From the NCBI GenBank assembly GCA_038886535.1, contig JAVZXS010000001.1, forward strand, positions 64,001 through 128,000: a stretch of 64,000 nt of DNA, written 5' to 3'. Under the pieces are notes generated by a model. That model was given only the letters and a program-made list of their open reading frames with translations. It searched no databases and had not been told where the DNA came from. The DNA comes from Candidatus Micrarchaeia archaeon (GTDB taxonomy: Archaea; Micrarchaeota; Micrarchaeia; CABMEP01). The first letter of the stretch is position 1. Each line of letters opens with the position of its first letter. The position numbers were made by a program, and so were the translations under genes. This document shows positions 9,929-19,249 of this stretch, piece after piece.

Positions 9929-11467
9929 ATGTTAATTTTATTTCAACTTGCAATGCAAAAACCAGAACAAAAACTGACAGCAGAAAAACTTTTTGATAAT
10001 GCCAAATTGAAAAATTTAGAAAATAACGAAAGGAATGCATTAGAAAAACTAATTCAGCAAATGAGTTATGTGAACAACAAAGATTTTACTGATTCTGTAC
10101 GTAAATTCTTCAAATCAAACAAAGGAGAGATCAAATTTACAGGAATTTTTACTGCATCTGAATTAGATAATCTTGAGAAGGCACTTAATAAACTAGGCTA
10201 TAAATTTGAATTTTCAATCATTCCAAATGATGACGAACAAATTCAAAAGTGGTATAAATATACAAATAAAGATCCAGCTTTAGATATCAAAAATTTCATT
10301 AATTTCATGAATGGTGGTAGTGTTGAATTTGAGTTAAGTACGAGCAAAATATCAAAAGAATCTAATGAAGGAATGGACGGAACGCTTCAAGTTATGAATA
10401 TAAATATAACTACTATACAGAAAAATATTGATAATATTCAAGAAGATTTAAAAGGTATAAAGAAAAAGTATAATGATACATCTTCTACTCAAGTAGAACA
10501 ATCTAAATCAGAAGGAAAAAAAGAAGAGGAAGAGGTAAGAGAGCAAAAATCAGATGAAACATTGCAGAAAGCATTAGATCAAATTGGAAATATTCAAGTT
10601 AAAATTGGAGGCAAACAAACTAGAATTAATGAAATTTCATCTGCAAAATCTAAGCTTAAAAAACTGGAGCAAGGTCTTAATGAAGGAGAATCTGTTTCAT
10701 TCACTATGAATCCAAATCTAGTTATGATGAATAACTTAAAGGAAATTGCTAAATATTGGGCAGGAAAAGATGTAAAAGAAGAGCAGATTAGCGAAAACAA
10801 ATTTGTATATACTGGGGAAGGAGGGTCTTATGAAGTTAAGTATGAGAAAGGCCAATATATTATTACTCATCTTCAATCCATCCAAAAGAAAGAACCAAAG
10901 CAGGAAATAACAAATGTATTTTCTATGGAATTAATCATCAATGGAATAAACTTCAATAAGCCAGATACAGATGGTAAACATAAAGTTCAAAAGTTATTGG
11001 AAGGGAAAGAAGTAGAATATAATTATAAAGACTTTCCTAAAATCAAAGATGCATTCCTAGCTGAGATTAACAATAGAACAGGACGTACATATAAGTATGC
11101 GGCAGGTTATCCTAAACAAGTTGGTACTACTAATAAATATATCGTTAAATTAGAACTTGTGAGTGACGAAAAGTCAAACTCTTCATCTACGCAACCTCCG
11201 GAGGGAATGCAAAAACCAACAGAAACATCTAAACAAGAAAAAAAAGGTTCGACTACAAAAGAAACTAAAGAAGATATTTTAAATAATCTTTTAACTGAAA
11301 TAAACAAAAGCGAAAATTTAACGCAAACTGTGGCAAATATTCAGAGCGGTCTCCGTATATCTGTTTCTGCTGGTGAAATAACAAAGGATGATGCAATATG
11401 GATAGCGAACGAATTGAATAAAAAAATTTCTGAAAGAGATAGTAAATTAAAGATTACTATACTGTAA
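9929..11467 (+). CDS. Hypothetical Lys/Glu/Gln-rich protein
   Basis: GAGGTGAT SD before ATG 9929, directly after the upstream stop; low-complexity linkers. Confidence 0.7.
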   Translation: MLILFQLAMQKPEQKLTAEKLFDNAKLKNLENNERNALEKLIQQMSYVNNKDFTDSVRKFFKSNKGEIKFTGIFTASELDNLEKALNKLGYKFEFSIIPNDDEQIQKWYKYTNKDPALDIKNFINFMNGGSVEFELSTSKISKESNEGMDGTLQVMNINITTIQKNIDNIQEDLKGIKKKYNDTSSTQVEQSKSEGKKEEEEVREQKSDETLQKALDQIGNIQVKIGGKQTRINEISSAKSKLKKLEQGLNEGESVSFTMNPNLVMMNNLKEIAKYWAGKDVKEEQISENKFVYTGEGGSYEVKYEKGQYIITHLQSIQKKEPKQEITNVFSMELIINGINFNKPDTDGKHKVQKLLEGKEVEYNYKDFPKIKDAFLAEINNRTGRTYKYAAGYPKQVGTTNKYIVKLELVSDEKSNSSSTQPPEGMQKPTETSKQEKKGSTTKETKEDILNNLLTEINKSENLTQTVANIQSGLRISVSAGEITKDDAIWIANELNKKISERDSKLKITIL

Positions 11468-11817
11468 TTGCTTCTTAAATTTATTTTTTCATTTATGAGA
11501 TATGATCGCTTTTCAAAAAGGAGATCCATGCATATCAAATTTATAGGTTCACTATTTGCATTAATTAGCGAAGACAATCTGAATACAGATAAGGATACTC
11601 TTGTTAGTCTACTTAAAAAAGATGTATCTTTCATTTGATAAATTCTAATCACTGTCTTTCAGAGAAATTTTAATACATATATCTAGTAACTAAAAAATTC
11701 ACAGAGATTGAATAGAAAAACATTCAACGCTTTTAAATCACCTAAAAGCAATAAAGAATTTCTTCCTTACCATACTTTATTTAGAAGCTATATTCTGTTC
11801 TTATATGTCTTTTTTTA

Positions 11818-14800
11818 TTAATATCTTACTTTTAAGCCGAGATGTGCACTCCAATAAGTGTTGATTTTGCCATTGTAATTGAATTGATTAAGCGAAAGAC
11901 TACCAGAAATACGAACGTTTTCTTCCAATTTTGTTTCTGCTGAGAGTTTGGTGATTACTGATGACCATTTTCTTGATAAGGGATTGTAACCTGTTTCTTT
12001 ATAGTCTGTCTTTATAAGTTCGAAGTATCCAGTAAATCTATCTTTATCAGTCGCGTTTATACGCAAAGTATAGGAATCCCTTTCTCCCTTTAATAATTTC
12101 TCAATTTCTTTTGTTTCCCAATCTTGCAATGAATATCCAAATCCAATACCTAAAAGCCAATTGTTTTTTAATTCAAATGTTGGTTGGAAGAAATATATTT
12201 TATTATGGCTTTCCTCTTCCCTTGTTAGATGAGGTGTAAACCATTTACTATTTCTGTTATTTCCTTCATAATAACCAGTTATATCTGTTGAAAGTCCAAA
12301 GATTTTTGTTTTTATTATTTCCATCCCAATATGTACTAAATTCTCGTATATTTTATTTACATTACTGGTTTCAATATTAAGGTTATTACTATATTTATAA
12401 CTATCTTTTATTTTAGTTTCACTATAACCGAAATCAAGTTTAGTATTACCAAGAAATATAGTTGTATACGGATTCATTTTCGTTTTTAAATATTCATCAA
12501 ACGTTTTTGAATCTAAAGTTCCACGGAATTTAGTAGTTTCAGTTTTTTCCATTTTTTCGATTCCAAACCCGGGTTGTATCTTAGCACCCCATGCATAGAT
12601 GGTATTATATATCAAAACAGTAGAAAATTCGCTACCTTTAACCATCTTTTCTCCAGCTTTGCTCTCCCCATAAATTCTTTCATGATTATAATAGATTTTA
12701 TTTACAGTTAATCCAGATCCATTCGGATCTTTTGTTTGATATCTAAATTCTTCTCCCTTGCCACTTAGATATGTATCTACTTCATATGCCCATTCATCTA
12801 TACTCTTTTTATTAATATTCCAAAGTCCAGATAAGTTAAGTATTTTCTCAAAATGATAGTCAATTGATCCTATTACGCCGATACTTTTTTCTCTTCTTAA
12901 GTAGTCTCTTCTTTCTTCTTCCTCCGTTTTCTTTTGGAGTTCTTCCTTTCTTTCGGCTTTGAAGCCTGTAACTTTTATTTTGTCTATTACTCTAAAACCT
13001 TTGGTAATTACATTAAGCATATATTGTAGGTTTTCATTAGTTGCAATTCCATTGTCTATTAGTGGCTTTCCATCGTGTATAAATAAAGTAACTCCAGTTC
13101 CATCATCACGTCTATAATCAATCATTCCACCAATCATTGTAGTTTCTCCAAGCCAACCTCTCATAGTTGCTAAAGCTTGCTTTCGGTTCCTTTCTTCCCA
13201 CTTTAGCATAAGATCTTTATAATCATCTGCAGTTATTTCATTAATATTTCCTTGTTTCGTCAAATTAAAAATTCCTCTTGATTGGATTGGTTCTGTTGTT
13301 AAATAGTTTATACTTGAAGTGATTGTTGCTATACCTTTTGATCCGCCAATACGCGAAACTCCATTGACGTTTGTAATGTATTTTTCCTCATTATTTTCAT
13401 TAACATATCTTATAGTTTTCATTTCTATTTTTGAATCTATATAATTCATGTAACTCATCGAAGCTATATTTTGTATCAAACTAACTTTGATTGGAACCAT
13501 CTGATTTTGAACCGGTATTTGTGTGTCTTCACCTATATTAATTTCTACACTTTTATTATCTAACAGTGTTCCTTTTGAATCTGACATAGCAATGTCAAGT
13601 TTAGCTTTTAGTTCAATTCGAGATCCAATACGCATTCCTGTGTCACTAATTTGTAAGAATATTTCATATTTGTTTCCTTTTTCATCTCTTAATTCAATCG
13701 GTTTTGATGGTTCAACTGCTATTTCCATCCCTCTAAAATTAAGCTTAATTAATGTTGTCTGTTGCATGAATTTATCAATAGCTTTCGCTATTTCAGCTTT
13801 CGGCACTATTATTTCTATATTATATCTCTCATTTTCGATTGCCAAGGGAGTTGGTGTATTAGTTGGTATTTTATAACTATTTACAACTTGAATTGTATCG
13901 TCTTTGCCTTTCTTAACAAAATCCATCCAAACGTATACATTAGGTTTACCACTTTCATCTACTTCTATTATCGGATTTGAAATTCGATAGCCAACCTCAT
14001 CTTTCCAGTTGATCTCCCCTTTATAATTCTCTACTTCCGATTTACCTTTTGTCGTTATTTTTACAGTACAGTTGTTGATATTACCTAAATATGAAGGTAT
14101 ACCTGCCTTTTCAGCTATTTCTGCTGTTTGTAAAAGACCTTGGTATACGCCCCATAAAGTAGGATCGACTCTTCTTTCAGTAATTTTTTCATTTATCGAA
14201 GCATAAAAGAAATTTGGATCACCATTCATTTCATATATTAAAGATTTATCCTTTTCAGTTTTAGTAGAAAGAATAAAATATGCTCCAGTTTTTGCATTTA
14301 TACCATGTGTAAGAAGCGAATTTTCAGTTGTAGAATAGTACCTATAATAAGAAGGTCTTCCTCCTTTTCCGCCGAATAATGTATCAATAAGATCTGATGC
14401 TTCTGCTTCAAACACTTTTCTCTTTTTTGGATCTTTAGGCCACTCACCTCTAAAGTATTCTTTTGAGTAACTGTAATCACCTGTTTTATTGTAGTTTATT
14501 CCGTAAATTACTTGGGTTCCATCTTTATATCTAATTACTGCTACAGAATCAAAATGTCCTGTTGTTTCATTTTCCCATCTTTGACTATTCGCATTTAGAT
14601 AAAGTTCAAAACTATCGATGTTCGAGTGTTTTTCCTTTTCAATTGCAGATGAAAGCAATATTGTTTCAATTGTTTTTAGATCAAGAGTTCCATTAGGTTC
14701 AGTTTCTAGTGGTTTTTTCTTTTCTTTTTTGATAGAAATAGGTGTTTCAATATAACTACTGCCAGTTTCTTGTATTCGTTTCTGGAAATTTTTGATTATT

Positions 14801-15537
14801 TGCTTAGTAGCTGGATCGAATATATTTGATTTTATATCAATTTTTTCGTTATTATTTATCTTATTAAAGTTTTCATATATTTCTCTGATTGGAATCTCTA
14901 AATTTGAAAGAAAAGCTTTTCTTAGAGATTCATATTCGTCTCCTTTATACACCATTGCTAAATATACAATTGTATCTTCTAATGTAAGATTTTGTTTGTT
15001 TAATTCACCTATTAATTTATAGAACATATCATTAATTTGGTGGAGTCCTTGAGCATTAGCAAGATCTTGAATTGCCACATCAATATTTTTAAGTCGGCCT
15101 ATTTTTTCTTGAGGCAAAGTATTATTTATAATATTATCAATATTTTGTTTATTTTTTTTATCTAGTTTATCATAATAATTTTTCCATTCCTTTTCATACT
15201 CTTTATCTTTAATTCTTTTTTCAGCGATAGTAGCATAAGATATGCTTCCTTTTAACAATAAGTCAATATCATTTTTTACTTCGATTTTCTTTTTTTCTAA
15301 GTTGATAGTTTTCTGTGCACTCACTTTATCACCCATCCTTTCCACCTTTATAGTATTACTCATTTGATTTTTAAATCCTTTTATACTTGTGTCCTTTGCA
15401 TTTAGTGGAAGGATCAGTGGTTCAACTAGCAGAAGAGAAGCAAGTGTAATTCTAGCTAATCTTTCGATTTTTCCACTATTCTTATAGAATCTTAAATACT
15501 CTTTCTCCTGCATAAAATCAGCAAAAATAAGACGCAA
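11818..15537 (-). CDS. Very large hypothetical protein with a beta-strand-rich, barrel-like C-terminal region
   Basis: 1239-aa ORF (start uncertain: 15537, ATG of MGDK, or GTG 15324); last ~350 aa show alternating hydrophobic/polar strands; ends WSAHLGLKVRY. Confidence 0.75.
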   Translation of the reverse strand: MRLIFADFMQEKEYLRFYKNSGKIERLARITLASLLLVEPLILPLNAKDTSIKGFKNQMSNTIKVERMGDKVSAQKTINLEKKKIEVKNDIDLLLKGSISYATIAEKRIKDKEYEKEWKNYYDKLDKKNKQNIDNIINNTLPQEKIGRLKNIDVAIQDLANAQGLHQINDMFYKLIGELNKQNLTLEDTIVYLAMVYKGDEYESLRKAFLSNLEIPIREIYENFNKINNNEKIDIKSNIFDPATKQIIKNFQKRIQETGSSYIETPISIKKEKKKPLETEPNGTLDLKTIETILLSSAIEKEKHSNIDSFELYLNANSQRWENETTGHFDSVAVIRYKDGTQVIYGINYNKTGDYSYSKEYFRGEWPKDPKKRKVFEAEASDLIDTLFGGKGGRPSYYRYYSTTENSLLTHGINAKTGAYFILSTKTEKDKSLIYEMNGDPNFFYASINEKITERRVDPTLWGVYQGLLQTAEIAEKAGIPSYLGNINNCTVKITTKGKSEVENYKGEINWKDEVGYRISNPIIEVDESGKPNVYVWMDFVKKGKDDTIQVVNSYKIPTNTPTPLAIENERYNIEIIVPKAEIAKAIDKFMQQTTLIKLNFRGMEIAVEPSKPIELRDEKGNKYEIFLQISDTGMRIGSRIELKAKLDIAMSDSKGTLLDNKSVEINIGEDTQIPVQNQMVPIKVSLIQNIASMSYMNYIDSKIEMKTIRYVNENNEEKYITNVNGVSRIGGSKGIATITSSINYLTTEPIQSRGIFNLTKQGNINEITADDYKDLMLKWEERNRKQALATMRGWLGETTMIGGMIDYRRDDGTGVTLFIHDGKPLIDNGIATNENLQYMLNVITKGFRVIDKIKVTGFKAERKEELQKKTEEEERRDYLRREKSIGVIGSIDYHFEKILNLSGLWNINKKSIDEWAYEVDTYLSGKGEEFRYQTKDPNGSGLTVNKIYYNHERIYGESKAGEKMVKGSEFSTVLIYNTIYAWGAKIQPGFGIEKMEKTETTKFRGTLDSKTFDEYLKTKMNPYTTIFLGNTKLDFGYSETKIKDSYKYSNNLNIETSNVNKIYENLVHIGMEIIKTKIFGLSTDITGYYEGNNRNSKWFTPHLTREEESHNKIYFFQPTFELKNNWLLGIGFGYSLQDWETKEIEKLLKGERDSYTLRINATDKDRFTGYFELIKTDYKETGYNPLSRKWSSVITKLSAETKLEENVRISGSLSLNQFNYNGKINTYWSAHLGLKVRY
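15325..15352 (-). repeat. 28-bp repeat, copy 1 (TATAAAGGTGGAAAGGATGGGTGATAAA)
   Basis: Identical to 19393-19420 in the opposite orientation; encodes IKVERMGDK in both large ORFs. Confidence 0.9.
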
Positions 15538-15654
15538 ATGAGGTTAATAAACTTTCCGCCATCCAGGTATTAAGCTTTATATATTTTTTCTAAGTTAATA
15601 TATTTTACAGTCTTAACTTATGTTTTGACTTATTAAATTATCTAAAGTGATGTT

Positions 15655-16137
15655 ATGTCTCTTTATAAGCAAATTCAGGAAACGTTCCAAAAGGAATATA
15701 AAGAAAGATCTCCTGCCTACAGGGCAAGAATATCTCAATGGAGAAAAGAGTCTCCAATCGTTAGAGTGGAAAAACCTACAAACCTTGCAAGAGCAAGAAC
15801 ATTAGGTTACAAGGCGAAGGATGGATTTGTAATAGTAAGAGTGAGAGTTAAGCGAGGAAAGAGGAAGAGACATATTCGTATGAGAGGAAGAAAGCCTTCA
15901 AAGACAGGAAGATTCTATTCAAGGCACAAATCACTTCAACTTATAGCAGAGGAAAGAGCAGGAAGAAAGTTCAGGAATCTTGAGGTTCTTAATTCATACT
16001 TTGTAGGAGAAGATGGTCAATACAAATTCTATGAAGTAATACTTGTAGATCCGGAAAAAACAGGTTTGAAGCTTCAAAAAGGAAGAGTATTTAGGGGTCT
16101 TACCTCTCAAGGAAGAAAGATGAGAGGATTAAGATAA
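15655..16137 (+). CDS. rpl15e: 50S ribosomal protein L15e
   Basis: [42 protein letters not shown]. Confidence 0.97.
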   Translation: MSLYKQIQETFQKEYKERSPAYRARISQWRKESPIVRVEKPTNLARARTLGYKAKDGFVIVRVRVKRGKRKRHIRMRGRKPSKTGRFYSRHKSLQLIAEERAGRKFRNLEVLNSYFVGEDGQYKFYEVILVDPEKTGLKLQKGRVFRGLTSQGRKMRGLR

Positions 16138-16180
16138 ACCTAATCTTTTATTTCTTTTTCTTTTAACTTATTTTGATAAT

Positions 16181-16627
16181 ATGTATTTTGACATAGTTGA
16201 CTTTCCTATTGATGAAAGTATAGAAAAAAAGAGCCAGTTTAAATTCTATAGGTTGTCAGATATTAAAGACCTTTTCCTAGTAGGAGATCCAGAAAAAATA
16301 ACAAAGTTAATAAGAAAAGGAAAGATTCTCTACTGTCCTAAATATGAGATATCCTTAGAGATGTTTGCAAAGGCAAAATCACTAAATAAACCATTTTTGA
16401 TCTCTCTTTCAGACATTATAACTGAAAAACCACATTTAGCAATTTACAGGATTTCAAATTTCATAAGAGTTGGAAGGCATTATAAATTGAAATTTATCAT
16501 CGCTTCATTTGCAAAGGATAAATACTCGGTAAGAAGCATAGATGAAGCTGCATCAATAATGAGACTTTGCGGAATGAGCAAGGATCAAGTAAGGCAGTCT
16601 TTCATGCTTATTAAAAGATATCTATGA
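16181..16627 (+). CDS. rnp3: RNase P protein Rpp30-like (short, divergent)
   Basis: Conserved position between rpl15e and Pop5; weak similarity (IIASFAKDKYSVRS). Confidence 0.6.
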   Translation: MYFDIVDFPIDESIEKKSQFKFYRLSDIKDLFLVGDPEKITKLIRKGKILYCPKYEISLEMFAKAKSLNKPFLISLSDIITEKPHLAIYRISNFIRVGRHYKLKFIIASFAKDKYSVRSIDEAASIMRLCGMSKDQVRQSFMLIKRYL

Positions 16628-16655
16628 ATTATGATTTTTATGATTTGGTGGTTTC

Positions 16656-16979
16656 ATGAAAGCTACTCTAAGAGAGAATTACAGGTATGTTGCAATAGAG
16701 ATTATTTCAGAGGTTCCTTTAGTTAAAGACGATCTTATTTCCATACTTAGGAACGACTTATTGACTTTAATAGGTAAAATCCATTATTCAGATGTAATGC
16801 CTAATCTAGCTTATTTTGACCACTTGAATCAAAAGGCAGTTATAAGATGCCTGAACAAGGGAACAGAGGATTTGAAGACTGCTTTGGCTCTTTTTAATTC
16901 ATACAAAGGAAAAAAGATTCACCTTAAAGCAATTTATACGTCTGGTACAATAAAGAAAGCTAAGGAAGTAATTAGATGA
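16656..16979 (+). CDS. rnp2: RNase P protein Pop5/Rpp14
   Basis: TLRENYRYVAIE, AVIRC, TSGTIKKA. Confidence 0.88.
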   Translation: MKATLRENYRYVAIEIISEVPLVKDDLISILRNDLLTLIGKIHYSDVMPNLAYFDHLNQKAVIRCLNKGTEDLKTALALFNSYKGKKIHLKAIYTSGTIKKAKEVIR

Positions 16980-17003
16980 TACTTTAAATTTGTTTTTTAC
17001 AAC

Positions 17004-17948
17004 TCATGCTGCTTTTTGCAATCTATCTAAAGCAGAATAAGCAAGAAGTAGACCTTCTATCTCTATTTTTGTTTGTTCTTCAATTTTCTTTGCATTAGGA
17101 ACAAAATTTTTCCATTTTTCTGCTGCTTCCTTCACCATTTCTATAGAAATGTTCTTGTCTCCACTTGCAACTTTTCTGAAAAAAGAAAGACTTCTTTCTT
17201 TTATTTCTTTAACATTTTCAAGATTTTTTGTAAGTTGGTCTATTTTGGCTTGTATTTCTTTCTTTATATTTTCCATTAAATGAATTTCTTCATTACTATA
17301 CTCTCTTTTATTCTTAAATAATCCTTTATACTGATATATAATGTTAGCAAATTCCTTACTCATCAAACCTGCTAATGAAAGATCTATTTGCCCGACCATG
17401 AAGTTATTGAATTTTTCTGCATCTTCCATTCCCATTAACATACCTTTATAATCCACTCCTCTTTCTTTTGCAATTTCTATACTATTTCTATATATTTCTA
17501 TTATGTCTAGGTAATATTTTCTTATTTTTATATTATTCACATTCTCTTCTATTTCAGCATTTCTGAGATTTTCTATTGCTTCTTTAGTTTTATTGAGTCT
17601 TTTACGAATAGATGGTTCATTTATGAGTTCAATAACTGCTAAATTATCATCTCGTAATTTCAATGTTTCTTTGTTAATTTCTTCCCTTCTTATCCAGTAC
17701 GCCATTATCTTAAATCTATTTCCATTATACTTACCATCTTTATCATAAAGTATAATATTCATTTCTTTTTCAAGCATCTTACCAAAATTAGGATTGTCTT
17801 TAATTTTATTATTTAAATCAGAAATTTCACGAATTAATTCTTTCCTTTGAGTAGAATTTAAATTAGTGAAATTTTTGAATTTTTTATTAATTTCTTCATA
17901 TTTCTTTTTTATCTCTTCATATTTATTTTGTTCTATCTGTTTTTGCAT
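17004..17948 (-). CDS. Hypothetical helical protein
   Basis: 314-aa K/E/N-rich ORF. Confidence 0.65.
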   Translation of the reverse strand: MQKQIEQNKYEEIKKKYEEINKKFKNFTNLNSTQRKELIREISDLNNKIKDNPNFGKMLEKEMNIILYDKDGKYNGNRFKIMAYWIRREEINKETLKLRDDNLAVIELINEPSIRKRLNKTKEAIENLRNAEIEENVNNIKIRKYYLDIIEIYRNSIEIAKERGVDYKGMLMGMEDAEKFNNFMVGQIDLSLAGLMSKEFANIIYQYKGLFKNKREYSNEEIHLMENIKKEIQAKIDQLTKNLENVKEIKERSLSFFRKVASGDKNISIEMVKEAAEKWKNFVPNAKKIEEQTKIEIEGLLLAYSALDRLQKAA

Positions 17949-18045
17949 AATTTGATATATATTTTATGATTTAAATATTTATCTTTTTAAGAAACAAAAG
18001 GCAAACATATTTAAATAATAATGTACTTTAGTATATTGTGGTGAC

Positions 18046-19170
18046 ATGAAAGAAGGTGGAAAGATGACTCAAGTTCAAAAGGAAAAATTTGATATTGATA
18101 AATTTATAAAAGATTATTTAGATCAAGTTGCACCTAATTCTTTTATAGAAAAAATAAGGTTAAATAATGATATAAAGTTGATCCGTTCTGACCGAGAAGG
18201 TATTATCATAGAATTTAAAGACGAATCTCCAAGAAATAAATTTCTTGAATCTTTAGATAAAGGCTATAATGCTAAAAAATATTATAGATTTGGAATCAAG
18301 ATCAAATCAGATGATCTTATAAACATGTATAGAGAAGAGACAGAAAAATTAGAGCAACAAAAAGTTATTGAGGAAGTTAAACCTCAAGAAATTGAAATTT
18401 CTTCCATTCCTATCGCTGAAATACAAGAATCTACTCAGTCTTTAGAACAATCAATTAAGGAAATGGAAAAAGTAATAGACAAAATACAGCCAGAACAAAA
18501 AAATAAAAGTGACAAATTAAAAACAATTAAAAAATGGACAAAGGAGTATTTCGAAGACACAAAAACAGTTTTGAAATTTGCTAAAGAATATCTCTCTGGG
18601 AAATATAAGGATGAAGCTATAAAGGCAGAAGAAACTAAACAAAAACTTATACAATTACTGACTAATAAAAATAAAGAATTAACTGAAAAACTAATGGAAG
18701 TTAAAAAAGAGCTTGCTGTAGAGAAAGAAGAAAATAAACAAAAGATAGTAGAGCTTGAAAAGAGGCAACAAGAAATTTTAGCACAACAGAAATATTTATT
18801 GAATCTATTAGAAGGAGGCAAAAAAATAGGTAAAAAGATAAAAGAAGAAGAGTTAGAGAAAAAACCTATGGAGAAACAAGTAGTTTCTGTTTCAACAGCG
18901 ACAGTTTCTAATACGTCTCAATCTCAAACCATTGCGAAATTCAGTAAATTAGAAGATATTAAAGAAGAAATAATTAATAGTGTTGGTAAATTAACAAATA
19001 CACCTAAAGATAGCATATCTCTCAATCGAAGCGATTTTGATACTACTTTTTTAAACGATCTTTTAAACAAGCGGCCTTCAGAAGTAGAAGTAAAGATAGG
19101 TAACAAAAATATAACCTACGTTATAGATGTAAAACAAAAATTTGTTATTTTAAAGATGAAAAAAGAATAA
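18046..19170 (+). CDS. Hypothetical coiled-coil protein
   Basis: 374-aa ORF; alternative start ATG 18064 after AAGGTGGAAAG. Confidence 0.65.
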   Translation: MKEGGKMTQVQKEKFDIDKFIKDYLDQVAPNSFIEKIRLNNDIKLIRSDREGIIIEFKDESPRNKFLESLDKGYNAKKYYRFGIKIKSDDLINMYREETEKLEQQKVIEEVKPQEIEISSIPIAEIQESTQSLEQSIKEMEKVIDKIQPEQKNKSDKLKTIKKWTKEYFEDTKTVLKFAKEYLSGKYKDEAIKAEETKQKLIQLLTNKNKELTEKLMEVKKELAVEKEENKQKIVELEKRQQEILAQQKYLLNLLEGGKKIGKKIKEEELEKKPMEKQVVSVSTATVSNTSQSQTIAKFSKLEDIKEEIINSVGKLTNTPKDSISLNRSDFDTTFLNDLLNKRPSEVEVKIGNKNITYVIDVKQKFVILKMKKE

Positions 19171-19249
19171 TAAGTAACTTTATTTATTTTTTATTACTGG
19201 GGTTTAATACAAGCGAAAGTTATTTTAATTCCAATATTCTTATTATAAT

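Noticed and set aside
11528..11638. 36-aa ORF MHIKFIGSLF... after AAGGAG in the 350-bp gap
   Set aside because: No recognisable motif; could be chance or a gene remnant
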